Positions 1 through 12,824 of a DNA stretch of 64,000 nt are shown here, piece by piece. Every line of letters begins with the position of its first letter. The stretch's first letter is position 1. The notes under the pieces are model-generated. The model was not told the origin of the DNA, made no database searches, and saw only the letters and a program-made list of their open reading frames with translations. The translations under genes and the position numbers were made by a program. Source of the stretch: a phage; sequence record PZ445517.1; one strand, written 5' to 3'.

Positions 1-1836
<1,836 letters not shown>

Positions 1837-1864
1837 TATTAAAGCATATTAAAGAGGATTAAAA

Positions 1865-3844
1865 ATGACTTTATTATCTCCGGGCATTGAGCTCAAAGAA
1901 ACTACGGTTCAAAGCACCGTTGTTAATAACTCTACTGGTACAGCAGCTTTGGCCGGTAAATTCCAGTGGGGTCCTGCTTTTCAGATTAAACAGGTTACAA
2001 ATGAAGTAGATTTAGTTAATACTTTTGGTCAACCTACAGCTGAAACTGCTGATTATTTTATGTCTGCAATGAATTTCTTACAATATGGAAATGATTTGCG
2101 AGTTGTGCGTGCTGTCGATAGAGATACCGCTAAAAACTCATCTCCGATTGCTGGTAATATTGAATACACTATTTCAGCCCCAGGTAGTAACTACGCGGTT
2201 GGAGATAAAATCACGGTTAAGTATGTTTCAGAAAATGTTGAAACAGAGGGTAAAATTACCGAAGTAGGTGCTGATGGAAAAATTAAGAAAATTAATATTC
2301 CTACTGCAAAAATTATCGCTAAAGCGAAAGAAGTCGGTGAATATCCAGAACTAGGTTCTAACTGGACCGCGGAAATTTCTTCGTCTTCATCTGGTTTAGC
2401 TGCAGTAATAACTCTTGGAAAAATTATTACTGATTCCGGTATTTTATTAGCTGAGATTGAAAATGCCGAAGCTGCTATGACAGCGGTTGAATTTCAAACA
2501 AATCTCGAAAAATATGGAATTCCAGGAGTAGTAGCTCTTTATCCAGGCGAGTTGGGCGATAAAATCGAAATTGAAATCGTATCTAAAGCTGACTACGCAA
2601 AAGGTGCTTCTGCATTACTTCCAATTTATCCAGGTGGCGGAACACGTGCATCTACTGCCAAAGCGGTGTTTGGATATGGACCACAAACTGATTCGCAATA
2701 CGCTATTATAGTTCGTCGTAATGATGCTATTGTTCAAAGTATTGTTCTTTCAACAAAGCGTGGTGAAAAAGATATTTACGATAGTAACATCTACATTGAT
2801 GACTTTTTCGCAAAAGGCGGTTCAGAATATATTTTCGCAACTGCACAAAACTGGCCAGAAGGATTCTCTGGAATTTTAACTCTGTCTGGTGGATTATCAT
2901 CAAATGCTGAAGTAACAGCAGGAGATTTAATGGAAGCCTGGGACTTCTTTGCTGACCGTGAATCTGTTGACGTTCAGTTGTTTATTGCGGGTTCTTGTGC
3001 CGGTGAATCTTTAGAAACAGCATCTACTGTCCAAAAACACGTCGTTTCAATTGGGGATGCTCGCCAGGATTGCTTAGTATTGTGCTCACCACCGCGCGAA
3101 ACTGTAGTTGGAATTCCTGTAACTCGCGCTGTTGATAACTTAGTCAATTGGAGAACCGCAACAGGTTCATACACTGATAATAACTTTAATATCAGTTCAA
3201 CCTATGCAGCAATTGATGGTAACTACAAATATCAGTATGACAAATATAATGATGTCAATCGCTGGGTTCCATTAGCAGCTGATATTGCCGGTTTATGTGC
3301 AAGAACCGATAACGTTTCTCAGACTTGGATGTCTCCAGCTGGTTATAATCGCGGCCAGATTCTTAACGTTATTAAACTTGCTATTGAAACTCGCCAAGCT
3401 CAGCGCGACCGTTTATATCAAGAAGCTATCAACCCAGTAACTGGTACAGGTGGTGATGGTTACGTATTATATGGTGATAAAACAGCTACTTCTGTTCCTT
3501 CTCCATTCGATCGTATTAACGTTCGTCGTCTGTTTAATATGTTGAAAACGAATATCGGACGTAGTTCAAAATATCGTTTGTTCGAATTAAACAACGCGTT
3601 TACTCGTTCATCATTCCGCACAGAAACTGCCCAATACTTACAGGGAATTAAAGCTCTCGGTGGAATTTATGAATATCGTGTAGTTTGCGATACAACAAAT
3701 AACACTCCGTCAGTAATTGATAGAAATGAGTTTGTTGCAACATTCTACATCCAACCGGCTAGAAGCATTAACTACATTACCTTGAACTTCGTAGCAACTG
3801 CTACTGGTGCAGATTTCGATGAGTTAACTGGTCTTGCAGGTTAA
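1865..3844 (+). CDS. 18: tail sheath protein, gp18 type
   Basis: 659-aa ORF, same length as T4 gp18; position between terminase and tail tube; TATAAATA late promoter upstream. Confidence 0.93.
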   Translation: MTLLSPGIELKETTVQSTVVNNSTGTAALAGKFQWGPAFQIKQVTNEVDLVNTFGQPTAETADYFMSAMNFLQYGNDLRVVRAVDRDTAKNSSPIAGNIEYTISAPGSNYAVGDKITVKYVSENVETEGKITEVGADGKIKKINIPTAKIIAKAKEVGEYPELGSNWTAEISSSSSGLAAVITLGKIITDSGILLAEIENAEAAMTAVEFQTNLEKYGIPGVVALYPGELGDKIEIEIVSKADYAKGASALLPIYPGGGTRASTAKAVFGYGPQTDSQYAIIVRRNDAIVQSIVLSTKRGEKDIYDSNIYIDDFFAKGGSEYIFATAQNWPEGFSGILTLSGGLSSNAEVTAGDLMEAWDFFADRESVDVQLFIAGSCAGESLETASTVQKHVVSIGDARQDCLVLCSPPRETVVGIPVTRAVDNLVNWRTATGSYTDNNFNISSTYAAIDGNYKYQYDKYNDVNRWVPLAADIAGLCARTDNVSQTWMSPAGYNRGQILNVIKLAIETRQAQRDRLYQEAINPVTGTGGDGYVLYGDKTATSVPSPFDRINVRRLFNMLKTNIGRSSKYRLFELNNAFTRSSFRTETAQYLQGIKALGGIYEYRVVCDTTNNTPSVIDRNEFVATFYIQPARSINYITLNFVATATGADFDELTGLAG

Positions 3845-3860
3845 TACGGTGCATTCTAAA

Positions 3861-3878
3861 GGCCTGTTTCGGCAGGCC
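3861..3878 (+). terminator. hairpin after gene 18 (GGCCTG-tttcgg-CAGGCC)
   Basis: Perfect 6-bp GC-rich stem 17 nt after the gene 18 stop; no clean U-tract, so possibly an attenuator or RNA-stability element. Confidence 0.4.
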
Positions 3879-3879
3879 A

Positions 3880-3887
3880 TATAAATA
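3880..3887 (+). promoter_or_regulatory. late promoter (TATAAATA), upstream copy before gene 19
   Basis: Exact TATAAATA immediately after the post-gene-18 hairpin. Confidence 0.5.
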
Positions 3888-3938
3888 CACTATATCCTTA
3901 ATTCTTTAATTCTATATGCCCTAGGTTAAACATAGGGA

Positions 3939-3946
3939 TATAAATA
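3939..3946 (+). promoter_or_regulatory. late promoter (TATAAATA) for gene 19
   Basis: Exact TATAAATA about 15 nt upstream of the ATG, followed by GAGG. Confidence 0.6.
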
Positions 3947-3960
3947 CTACAGAGGCTAAT

Positions 3961-4452
3961 ATGTTTGTAGATGATGTAACACGAGCGTTTGAATCTGGTG
4001 ATTTTGCTCGACCTAACTTATTCCAAGTAGAAATTTCTTATCTTGGACAAAATTTTACGTTTCAATGTAAAGCCACTGCTTTACCAGCTGGTATTGTAGA
4101 AAAAATTCCAGTCGGATTTATGAACCGTAAAATTAACGTAGCAGGCGATCGTACATTCGATGACTGGACTATTACAGTAATGAATGATGAGGCGCATGAT
4201 GCACGCCAGAAGTTTGTTGACTGGCAAAGCATTGCCGCTGGGCAAGGAAACGAAATTACTGGTGGAAAACCGGCAGAGTATAAAAAGAGTGCTATTGTAC
4301 GCCAATACGCTCGTGACGCTAAAACTGTAACAAAAGAAGTCGAAATTAAAGGCCTGTGGCCTACTAACGTGGGTGAACTTCAGTTAGATTGGGATTCAAA
4401 CAATGAAATCCAAACCTTTGAAGTAACTCTCGCTCTCGATTATTGGGAATAA
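3961..4452 (+). CDS. 19: tail tube protein, gp19 type
   Basis: 163-aa ORF; late promoter and GAGG ribosome-binding site upstream; synteny. Confidence 0.92.
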   Translation: MFVDDVTRAFESGDFARPNLFQVEISYLGQNFTFQCKATALPAGIVEKIPVGFMNRKINVAGDRTFDDWTITVMNDEAHDARQKFVDWQSIAAGQGNEITGGKPAEYKKSAIVRQYARDAKTVTKEVEIKGLWPTNVGELQLDWDSNNEIQTFEVTLALDYWE

Positions 4453-4459
4453 AATGAAT

Positions 4460-4473
4460 GGGGAGAAATCCCC
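4460..4473 (+). terminator. hairpin after gene 19 (GGGGA-gaaa-TCCCC)
   Basis: 5-bp GC stem with GAAA tetraloop 8 nt after the gene 19 stop. Confidence 0.4.
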
Positions 4474-4484
4474 ATCCTGCTTAA

Positions 4485-6109
<1,625 letters not shown>

Positions 6110-6110
<1 letters not shown>

Positions 6111-6358
6111 TGGAAGGTTTAATTGAAGCTATTAAATCAAACGACCTCGTAGCCGCTCGTAAATTATTTGCTGAAGCCATGGCTGCAAGAACGATTGATT
6201 TAATTAAAGAAGAAAAAATCGCTATCGCTCGTAATTTCTTAATCGAAGGTGAAGAACCTGAAGACGAGGATGATGACGAAGACGAAGATAGTGATGATAA
6301 AGACGACAAAAAAGACAAAGACTCTGACGAAGATGACGAAGACGAGGATGATGAATAA
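6110..6358 (+). CDS. 67: prohead core protein with polyacidic C-terminal tail, gp67 type
   Basis: 82-aa ORF, N-terminus [21 protein letters not shown]-terminal D/E run; synteny after portal. Confidence 0.88.
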
Positions 6359-6783
6359 TGCTTCTGATCCCTGAAACTCATGAATTAGTTCTCGAGAATG
6401 TCGAAGCACTTATTCCTGAAGCACAGGGTCGCTTTGACGAATTGTCTTCTGCTTTAAATAAAGACGATATAAATACAATTGTCGAGAATATGCTTGATGA
6501 TGAAACTGATTTAGCAGTTGCATTAGCTTCTATTAATGAAAATATGCCGTTAAATGAATTCATTGTTAAGCATGTTTCAGCCCGTGGTGAAATTACACGT
6601 ACTAAAGACCGCAAAACACGCGAACGTAATGCATTTCAAACCACTGGGCTGTCTAAAGCAAAACGTAGACAAATTGCTCGCAAAGCTACCAAAACGAAGA
6701 TTGCCAATCCAGCAGGTCAATCTCGTGCTCAGCGTAAGCGTAAAAAAGCTCTTAAACGCCGTAAAGCATTAGGATTAAGCTAA
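6358..6783 (+). CDS. 68: prohead core protein, gp68 type
   Basis: 141-aa ORF; start overlaps gene 67 stop; basic C-terminus; synteny. Confidence 0.85.
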
Positions 6784-7421
6784 TGAATGAACCCCAATTA
6801 CTAATTGAAACTTGGGGTCAACCTGGCGAAATTATTGATGGTGTGCCAATGCTTGAATCCCACGATGGAAAAGACTTAGGTTTAAAACCGGGTTTATACA
6901 TCGAAGGAATATTCATGCAAGCAGAAGTCGTCAATAGAAATAAACGTCTTTATCCAAAACGCATATTAGAAAAAGCGGTAAAAGACTATATTAATGAGCA
7001 AGTTTTAACTAAACAAGCTCTCGGAGAATTAAATCATCCTCCACGCGCTAATGTTGACCCGATGCAAGCCGCTATCATTATAGAAGATATGTGGTGGAAA
7101 GGAAATGACGTATACGGACGAGCTCGTGTTATTGAAGGTGACCACGGTCCTGGAGATAAATTAGCAGCTAATATTCGTGCCGGATGGATTCCAGGAGTTT
7201 CTTCTCGTGGATTAGGTTCATTGACTGACACAAATAAAGGTTATCGTATCGTAAACGAAGGATTCAAATTAACTGTAGGTGTTGATGCAGTATGGGGTCC
7301 AAGTGCTCCAGATGCATGGGTAACTCCTAAGGAAATTACCGAATCACAGACGGCGGAAGCCGATACAAGTGCCGATGACGCCTATATGGCTCTCGCAGAG
7401 GCCATGAAAAAAGCGTTATAA
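6783..7421 (+). CDS. 21: prohead core protease, gp21 type
   Basis: 212-aa ORF, same length as T4 gp21; position before scaffold and major capsid genes. Confidence 0.9.
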   Translation: MNEPQLLIETWGQPGEIIDGVPMLESHDGKDLGLKPGLYIEGIFMQAEVVNRNKRLYPKRILEKAVKDYINEQVLTKQALGELNHPPRANVDPMQAAIIIEDMWWKGNDVYGRARVIEGDHGPGDKLAANIRAGWIPGVSSRGLGSLTDTNKGYRIVNEGFKLTVGVDAVWGPSAPDAWVTPKEITESQTAEADTSADDAYMALAEAMKKAL

Positions 7422-7424
7422 ATA
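7417..7424 (+). promoter_or_regulatory. late promoter (TATAAATA) for gene 22
   Basis: Exact TATAAATA overlapping the gene 21 stop codon. Confidence 0.55.
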
Positions 7425-7451
7425 TTATTATCTAAACAACAGGACTACAAA

Positions 7452-8261
7452 ATGCTTAAAGAACAACTGATTGCTGAAGCGCAAAAAATTGATGCTTCCG
7501 TTGCTCTTGATAGTATTTTCGAATCAGTTAATATTTCTCCGGAAGCAAAAGAAACTTTCGGCACTGTATTCGAAGCTACCGTCAAGCAGCACGCCGTTAA
7601 ATTAGCTGAATCTCATATCGCTAAAATTGCTGAAAAAGCAGAAGAAGAAGTAGAAAAAAATAAAGAAGAAGCCGAAGAAAAAGCTGAGAAGAAAATCGCT
7701 GAGCAAGCTTCTAAATTCATCGACCATCTTGCGAAAGAATGGCTCGCTGAAAATAAATTAGCAGTTGATAAAGGCATCAAAGCCGAACTGTTTGAATCCA
7801 TGCTTGGTGGATTAAAAGAGCTCTTTGTTGAACACAACGTTGTTGTTCCAGAAGAATCAGTTGATGTTGTGGCTGAAATGGAAGAAGAGCTGCAAGAACA
7901 TAAAGAAGAATCAGCTCGTCTGTTCGAAGAACTCAATATGCGCGACGCATATATTAATTATGTGCAGCGTGAAGTGGCATTGAGCGAAAGTACTAAAGAT
8001 CTGACTGAGTCTCAAAAAGAAAAAGTCTCTGCTCTGGTCGAAGGTATGGATTATTCAGATGAATTCTCAAATAAATTGAGTGCCATCGTAGAAATGGTGA
8101 AGAAGTCTAATAAAGATGAAAGCACTATTACTGAGGGTATAAATACTCCTGATACTGAAGCAGCCGGACTGAATTTCGTCACTGAAGCTGTAGAAGATAA
8201 AGCTGCACCTGGTGCAGAAGATATTGTAAGTGTATATGCGAAAGTCGCATCTCGTTTCTAA
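7452..8261 (+). CDS. 22: prohead scaffolding core protein, gp22 type
   Basis: 269-aa ORF, highly charged and coiled-coil-like (E/K rich); synteny. Confidence 0.9.
   Translation: MLKEQLIAEAQKIDASVALDSIFESVNISPEAKETFGTVFEATVKQHAVKLAESHIAKIAEKAEEEVEKNKEEAEEKAEKKIAEQASKFIDHLAKEWLAENKLAVDKGIKAELFESMLGGLKELFVEHNVVVPEESVDVVAEMEEELQEHKEESARLFEELNMRDAYINYVQREVALSESTKDLTESQKEKVSALVEGMDYSDEFSNKLSAIVEMVKKSNKDESTITEGINTPDTEAAGLNFVTEAVEDKAAPGAEDIVSVYAKVASRF
8138..8145 (+). promoter_or_regulatory. late promoter (TATAAATA) inside the 3' end of gene 22, for gene 23
   Basis: Exact TATAAATA (codons GGT ATA AAT A) about 135 nt upstream of the gene 23 ATG. Confidence 0.55.
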
Positions 8262-8279
8262 TTTTAAAGGTTAACACAA

Positions 8280-9845
8280 ATGACTATCAAAACTAAAGCT
8301 GAACTTTTGAACAAATGGAAGCCATTACTGGAAGGTGAAGGTTTACCGGAAATTGCTAATAGCAAACAAGCGATTATCGCTAAAATCTTTGAAAACCAGG
8401 AAAAAGATTTCCAGACAGCTCCAGAGTACAAAGACGAAAAAATCGCTCAGGCGTTCGGTTCTTTCTTAACAGAAGCTGAAATCGGTGGTGACCACGGTTA
8501 CAACGCTACTAACATCGCTGCTGGTCAGACTTCTGGCGCAGTAACTCAGATTGGCCCAGCTGTTATGGGTATGGTACGTCGTGCTATTCCTAACCTGATT
8601 GCTTTTGATATTTGCGGTGTTCAGCCGATGAATAGCCCGACCGGTCAGGTATTCGCACTGCGCGCAGTATATGGTAAAGACCCAATCGCTTCCGGTGCTA
8701 AAGAAGCATTCCACCCAATGTATGGTCCAGATGCAATGTTCTCTGGTCAGGGTGCTGCTAAGAAATTCCCGGCGCTGGCTGCTAGCACAGAAACCACAGT
8801 AGGTGATATCTATACTCACTTCTTCCAGGACACTGGTACTGTGTATCTGCAGGCTTCTGCTCAAGTAACAATTAGTGCAAGCGCAACTGATGCAGCTAAA
8901 TTAGATGCTGAAATTAAGAAACAAATGGAAGCTGGTGTACTAGTAGAAATCGCTGAAGGTATGGCTACTTCTATCGCTGAACTTCAGGAAGGTTTCAACG
9001 GTTCTACCGATAACCCATGGAATGAAATGGGCTTCCGTATCGATAAACAAGTTATCGAAGCTAAATCTCGCCAGCTGAAAGCTGCTTACTCTATCGAATT
9101 AGCACAAGACCTCCGCGCTGTTCACGGTATGGATGCTGATGCTGAACTGTCTGGTATTCTGGCTACCGAAATCATGCTGGAAATCAACCGCGAAGTTGTT
9201 GATTGGATTAACTACTCAGCTCAGGTTGGTAAATCTGGTATGACCCTGACTCCAGGTTCTAAAGCTGGTGTATTTGACTTCCAGGATCCGATTGATATTC
9301 GTGGTGCTCGCTGGGCGGGTGAATCCTTTAAAGCTCTGTTGTTCCAGATTGACAAAGAAGCAGTTGAAATTGCTCGTCAGACCGGTCGTGGTGAAGGTAA
9401 CTTCATTATCGCTTCCCGTAACGTAGTTAACGTTCTGGCTTCAGTTGATACCGGCATTTCTTATGCTGCACAGGGTCTGGCTACCGGCTTTAACACTGAT
9501 ACTACCAAGTCAGTATTTGCTGGTGTTCTGGGTGGTAAATACCGTGTATATATCGACCAGTATGCTAAACAGGATTATTTCACTGTAGGTTATAAAGGTC
9601 CGAACGAAATGGATGCTGGTATTTACTATGCTCCATATGTAGCTCTGACTCCGTTGCGTGGTTCCGATCCGAAGAACTTCCAACCAGTAATGGGATTCAA
9701 AACTCGTTACGGTATCGGTATCAACCCATTTGCAGAATCCGCTGCTCAAGCTCCGGCTTCTCGCATCCAGAGCGGTATGCCTTCTATTCTGAATAGCCTT
9801 GGTAAAAACGCTTACTTCCGCCGTGTATATGTTAAAGGTATCTAA
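8280..9845 (+). CDS. 23: major capsid protein, gp23 type
   Basis: 521-aa ORF, same length as T4 gp23; sequence recognised; strong terminator hairpin downstream. Confidence 0.95.
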   Translation: MTIKTKAELLNKWKPLLEGEGLPEIANSKQAIIAKIFENQEKDFQTAPEYKDEKIAQAFGSFLTEAEIGGDHGYNATNIAAGQTSGAVTQIGPAVMGMVRRAIPNLIAFDICGVQPMNSPTGQVFALRAVYGKDPIASGAKEAFHPMYGPDAMFSGQGAAKKFPALAASTETTVGDIYTHFFQDTGTVYLQASAQVTISASATDAAKLDAEIKKQMEAGVLVEIAEGMATSIAELQEGFNGSTDNPWNEMGFRIDKQVIEAKSRQLKAAYSIELAQDLRAVHGMDADAELSGILATEIMLEINREVVDWINYSAQVGKSGMTLTPGSKAGVFDFQDPIDIRGARWAGESFKALLFQIDKEAVEIARQTGRGEGNFIIASRNVVNVLASVDTGISYAAQGLATGFNTDTTKSVFAGVLGGKYRVYIDQYAKQDYFTVGYKGPNEMDAGIYYAPYVALTPLRGSDPKNFQPVMGFKTRYGIGINPFAESAAQAPASRIQSGMPSILNSLGKNAYFRRVYVKGI

Positions 9846-9860
9846 TCTTTGACGATTTAA

Positions 9861-9876
9861 GGGACCTTCGGGTCCC
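9861..9876 (+). terminator. rho-independent terminator after gene 23
   Basis: GGGACC-ttcg-GGTCCC followed by a T-rich run (TTTAGTTGTTTTTA). Confidence 0.65.
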
Positions 9877-9893
9877 TTTAGTTGTTTTTATGG

Positions 9894-9901
9894 TATAAAT
9901 A
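9894..9901 (+). promoter_or_regulatory. late promoter (TATAAATA) for gene 24
   Basis: Exact TATAAATA between the gene 23 terminator and the gene 24 ATG. Confidence 0.6.
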
Positions 9902-9928
9902 AATCATATAAACCAAAAGGAAAGCGCA

Positions 9929-11212
9929 ATGGCTAAAATCAACGAACTTCTGCGCGAATCAACCACAACGAATAGCAACTCAATCGGTCGCCCAAATCTC
10001 GTTGCTTTGACTCGCGCTACCACTAAATTAATATATTCTGACATTGTAGCAACGCAAAGAACTAATCAACCTGTTGCTGCTTTTTATGGTATTAAATACC
10101 TTAACCCAGATAACGAATTTACGTTTAAAACTGGTGCTACTTACGCTGGCGAAGCTGGATATGTAGACCGAGAACAAATCACAGAATTAACAGAAGAGTC
10201 TAAATTAACTCTCAATAAAGGCGATTTATTCAAATACAATAATATCGTTTATAAAGTATTAGAAGATACACCATTTGCTACCATTGAAGAAAGCGATTTA
10301 GAATTAGCTCTTCAGATTGCAATTGTTCTTTTAAAGGTTCGTCTATTTTCTGATGCAGCGTCAACGAGCAAATTTGAAAGCTCTGATAGCGAAATTGCGG
10401 ATGCTAGATTCCAGATTAATAAATGGCAAACTGCAGTTAAATCTCGTAAACTTAAAACTGGCATCACAGTTGAATTGGCACAAGATTTAGAAGCAAATGG
10501 ATTCGATGCTCCTAATTTCTTGGAAGATTTGCTTGCAACTGAAATGGCAGATGAAATTAATAAAGATATTCTACAGTCTTTGATTACAGTATCAAAACGC
10601 TATAAAGTTACAGGAATTACTGATACCGGATTCATTGATTTGAGTTATGCATCTGCACCTGAAGCTGGTCGTTCATTATACCGAATGGTGTGTGAAATGG
10701 TTTCACATATCCAGAAAGAATCAACTTATACAGCAACGTTCTGTGTTGCTTCAGCTCGTGCCGCTGCGATTCTTGCTGCATCAGGTTGGTTAAAACATAA
10801 ACCAGAAGATGATAAATATCTTTCACAAAATGCCTACGGGTTCTTAGCTAATGGTTTACCGCTTTATTGCGATACTAACAGCCCATTAGATTATGTAATC
10901 GTTGGTGTGGTAGAAAATATTGGCGAAAAAGAAATTGTTGGATCAATTTTCTATGCTCCGTATACAGAAGGTCTTGACTTAGATGACCCTGAACATGTAG
11001 GTGCATTTAAAGTTGTAGTTGATCCAGAAAGTTTGCAGCCATCTATCGGTTTATTAGTTAGATATGCTTTATCTGCAAATCCTTATACTGTAGCAAAAGA
11101 TGAAAAAGAAGCAAGAATAATTGATGGTGGAGACATGGATAAAATGGCGGGTCGTTCAGATTTGTCTGTTTTATTAGGTGTTAAGCTACCAAAAATTATC
11201 GTTGATGAATAA
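9929..11212 (+). CDS. 24: capsid vertex protein, gp24 type
   Basis: 427-aa ORF, gp23 paralogue in length and position; late promoter upstream. Confidence 0.92.
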   Translation: MAKINELLRESTTTNSNSIGRPNLVALTRATTKLIYSDIVATQRTNQPVAAFYGIKYLNPDNEFTFKTGATYAGEAGYVDREQITELTEESKLTLNKGDLFKYNNIVYKVLEDTPFATIEESDLELALQIAIVLLKVRLFSDAASTSKFESSDSEIADARFQINKWQTAVKSRKLKTGITVELAQDLEANGFDAPNFLEDLLATEMADEINKDILQSLITVSKRYKVTGITDTGFIDLSYASAPEAGRSLYRMVCEMVSHIQKESTYTATFCVASARAAAILAASGWLKHKPEDDKYLSQNAYGFLANGLPLYCDTNSPLDYVIVGVVENIGEKEIVGSIFYAPYTEGLDLDDPEHVGAFKVVVDPESLQPSIGLLVRYALSANPYTVAKDEKEARIIDGGDMDKMAGRSDLSVLLGVKLPKIIVDE

Positions 11213-11218
11213 AACAAA

Positions 11219-11234
11219 GGGACCGAAAGGTCCC
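11219..11234. terminator. bidirectional terminator between gene 24 and rnlB
   Basis: GGGACC-gaaa-GGTCCC with T-runs on both sides, between convergent genes. Confidence 0.65.
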
Positions 11235-11241
11235 TTTTTAT

Positions 11242-12246
11242 TTAACTTACCAATTCAATCCAAGCCGGACGAAGTACATCTTGTACCATTTTAACTAATT
11301 CCTTCTTAACCAAAGAAGGATTATCCGCTTGAGTTAGAGTAATACCTTCACGAGAAGTTTCTTCCAAAATATCTTGAACAGTTAGTCCCATCACCTTTCC
11401 AAAATCCTTTGGACCAATTTCGCCAATTTTAGAAATAACGTTATTTACTCGGTTCAGTGTAACGTAACAAGCTAAAATTCCCACCAATTTGTTATCAGCT
11501 TCTGACAGTTCAACTTTAGCTTTAATAGGCTTATCAGACTTTTTCTTTTCGCTAAATTTAGAGTTCTTGCATTTAATAGCTACACGATTGCCATTAGGCA
11601 TCCAAGAAGGATAACAAGGTTTCAATACATATCCTTCAGCAGTAAATACTTCGCCTTTTGCTTCGGCATTCCAAACACATTTATTTGCATCAACTAATCC
11701 AGCATGGTCTACTGTAAAATTATAATCTTGGACGACAGAATCTAAATCATTTGGCAATTTAATAAGCTCTTCAAATTTACCGCGACCTAAAAGTGGAGCC
11801 ATTTTAAATTTAAATGTATTACAGAATGATTCCATCATATAATCGTCGACATAAGTCACATCACCACTTTCGGTAGTAACAATAATGTCAAATACATAAA
11901 AATCTTTATCACCATAATCGACATTCTTCTGAATGCCAGGTCCAGCGAATTCGCCGAAGACTTGATAAGATACAACTGCTGAAGTTTCCATAATATCTTG
12001 TACTGCTTTAATGGAATCAGCATAATTCTTTAAAATAATTTCATACCCAAAGAAATCTTCAGCAGGAAGAATCGGTCCAGTACGTTTAGCACAAGTTGCT
12101 TTATCGCGCTCAATAATCAACGAGAAATTTGTACCATGAATCTTTTCACGAGCTACCCATTCGCCGCCAGTCAATCCTAAACTATAAAGTTTTTCAATGA
12201 ATTTAGAATTGTAATGATTTTCAAGACTGCTATACTTTTTAAACAT
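11242..12246 (-). CDS. rnlB: RNA ligase 2 (Rnl2)
   Basis: 334-aa ORF, N-terminus [16 protein letters not shown]; nucleotidyltransferase lysine motif (EKIHGTN); matches T4 Rnl2 in length and sequence as recalled. Confidence 0.92.
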   Translation of the reverse strand: MFKKYSSLENHYNSKFIEKLYSLGLTGGEWVAREKIHGTNFSLIIERDKATCAKRTGPILPAEDFFGYEIILKNYADSIKAVQDIMETSAVVSYQVFGEFAGPGIQKNVDYGDKDFYVFDIIVTTESGDVTYVDDYMMESFCNTFKFKMAPLLGRGKFEELIKLPNDLDSVVQDYNFTVDHAGLVDANKCVWNAEAKGEVFTAEGYVLKPCYPSWMPNGNRVAIKCKNSKFSEKKKSDKPIKAKVELSEADNKLVGILACYVTLNRVNNVISKIGEIGPKDFGKVMGLTVQDILEETSREGITLTQADNPSLVKKELVKMVQDVLRPAWIELVS

Positions 12247-12255
12247 AATTAATCC

Positions 12256-12534
12256 TCAAAATGTAATTTCTAACCAATCACCATCACGCTGGTCACTATT
12301 GACTTTAAAGCTAAATCCTTCTTTTCTCAGCCAATCACCAATTTCTTCAGTAATCAATTTATCGCGAGCAGTGCAATAATAACTAAAATATGTTTTACCT
12401 TGTTCAGCTGCTTTATTAGCAAGTTCCGAAAAATCTTTAATAAAACACTCTAGCTTAAACTGTTTGCTTTTAAGTGCTTTTTCGCGTAATTGATTAGCAA
12501 AAGATTCATTTTCATAAAGATCATACTGTTCCAT
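12256..12534 (-). CDS. hypothetical small protein (position of T4 24.2)
   Basis: 92-aa ORF tightly packed between rnlB and hoc on the same strand. Confidence 0.6.
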   Translation of the reverse strand: MEQYDLYENESFANQLREKALKSKQFKLECFIKDFSELANKAAEQGKTYFSYYCTARDKLITEEIGDWLRKEGFSFKVNSDQRDGDWLEITF

Positions 12535-12736
12535 TTTTCACCTTCTTATTAATATGTCTTTTTCTATAGACAACTTTTTCTCGAGTCTCAAATTTATTCT
12601 TAGCAGTCATAGCTCGAGCCCATAATACAGCCACTTCCTTTGCCTGTAAGTTCAATTCACGAGCAATTTCAATGAATGACTTTCCAGACTCATGGAGTGT
12701 AAACACCACAACCTCAGTTCTCATAATCAATCTCAT
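12521..12736 (-). CDS. hypothetical small protein (position of T4 24.3)
   Basis: 71-aa ORF; may start at an internal Met; synteny. Confidence 0.55.
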   Translation of the reverse strand: MRLIMRTEVVVFTLHESGKSFIEIARELNLQAKEVAVLWARAMTAKNKFETREKVVYRKRHINKKVKNGTV

Positions 12737-12805
12737 GTTATCGAGTTGGTGCCATTATATACATCGTTTTCTGATTGTGTTTTGTGTGCTTTCAAAATGA
12801 AGAAA

Positions 12806-12819
12806 GGGGCCGAAGCCCC
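12806..12819 (-). terminator. hairpin after hoc (GGGGC-cgaag-CCCC)
   Basis: GC stem 5 nt downstream of the hoc stop on the minus strand. Confidence 0.45.
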
Positions 12820-12824
12820 TGAGA

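Noticed and set aside
2085-2267. 60-aa alternate-frame ORF inside gene 18
   Set aside because: Fully embedded in the sheath gene with no start signals.
7613-7936. 107-aa Ser/Ala-rich minus-strand ORF inside gene 22
   Set aside because: Antisense of the charged, low-complexity scaffold gene; no ribosome-binding site.
8466-8864. 132-aa minus-strand ORF inside gene 23
   Set aside because: Antisense to the major capsid gene; Cys/Ser-rich artefact.
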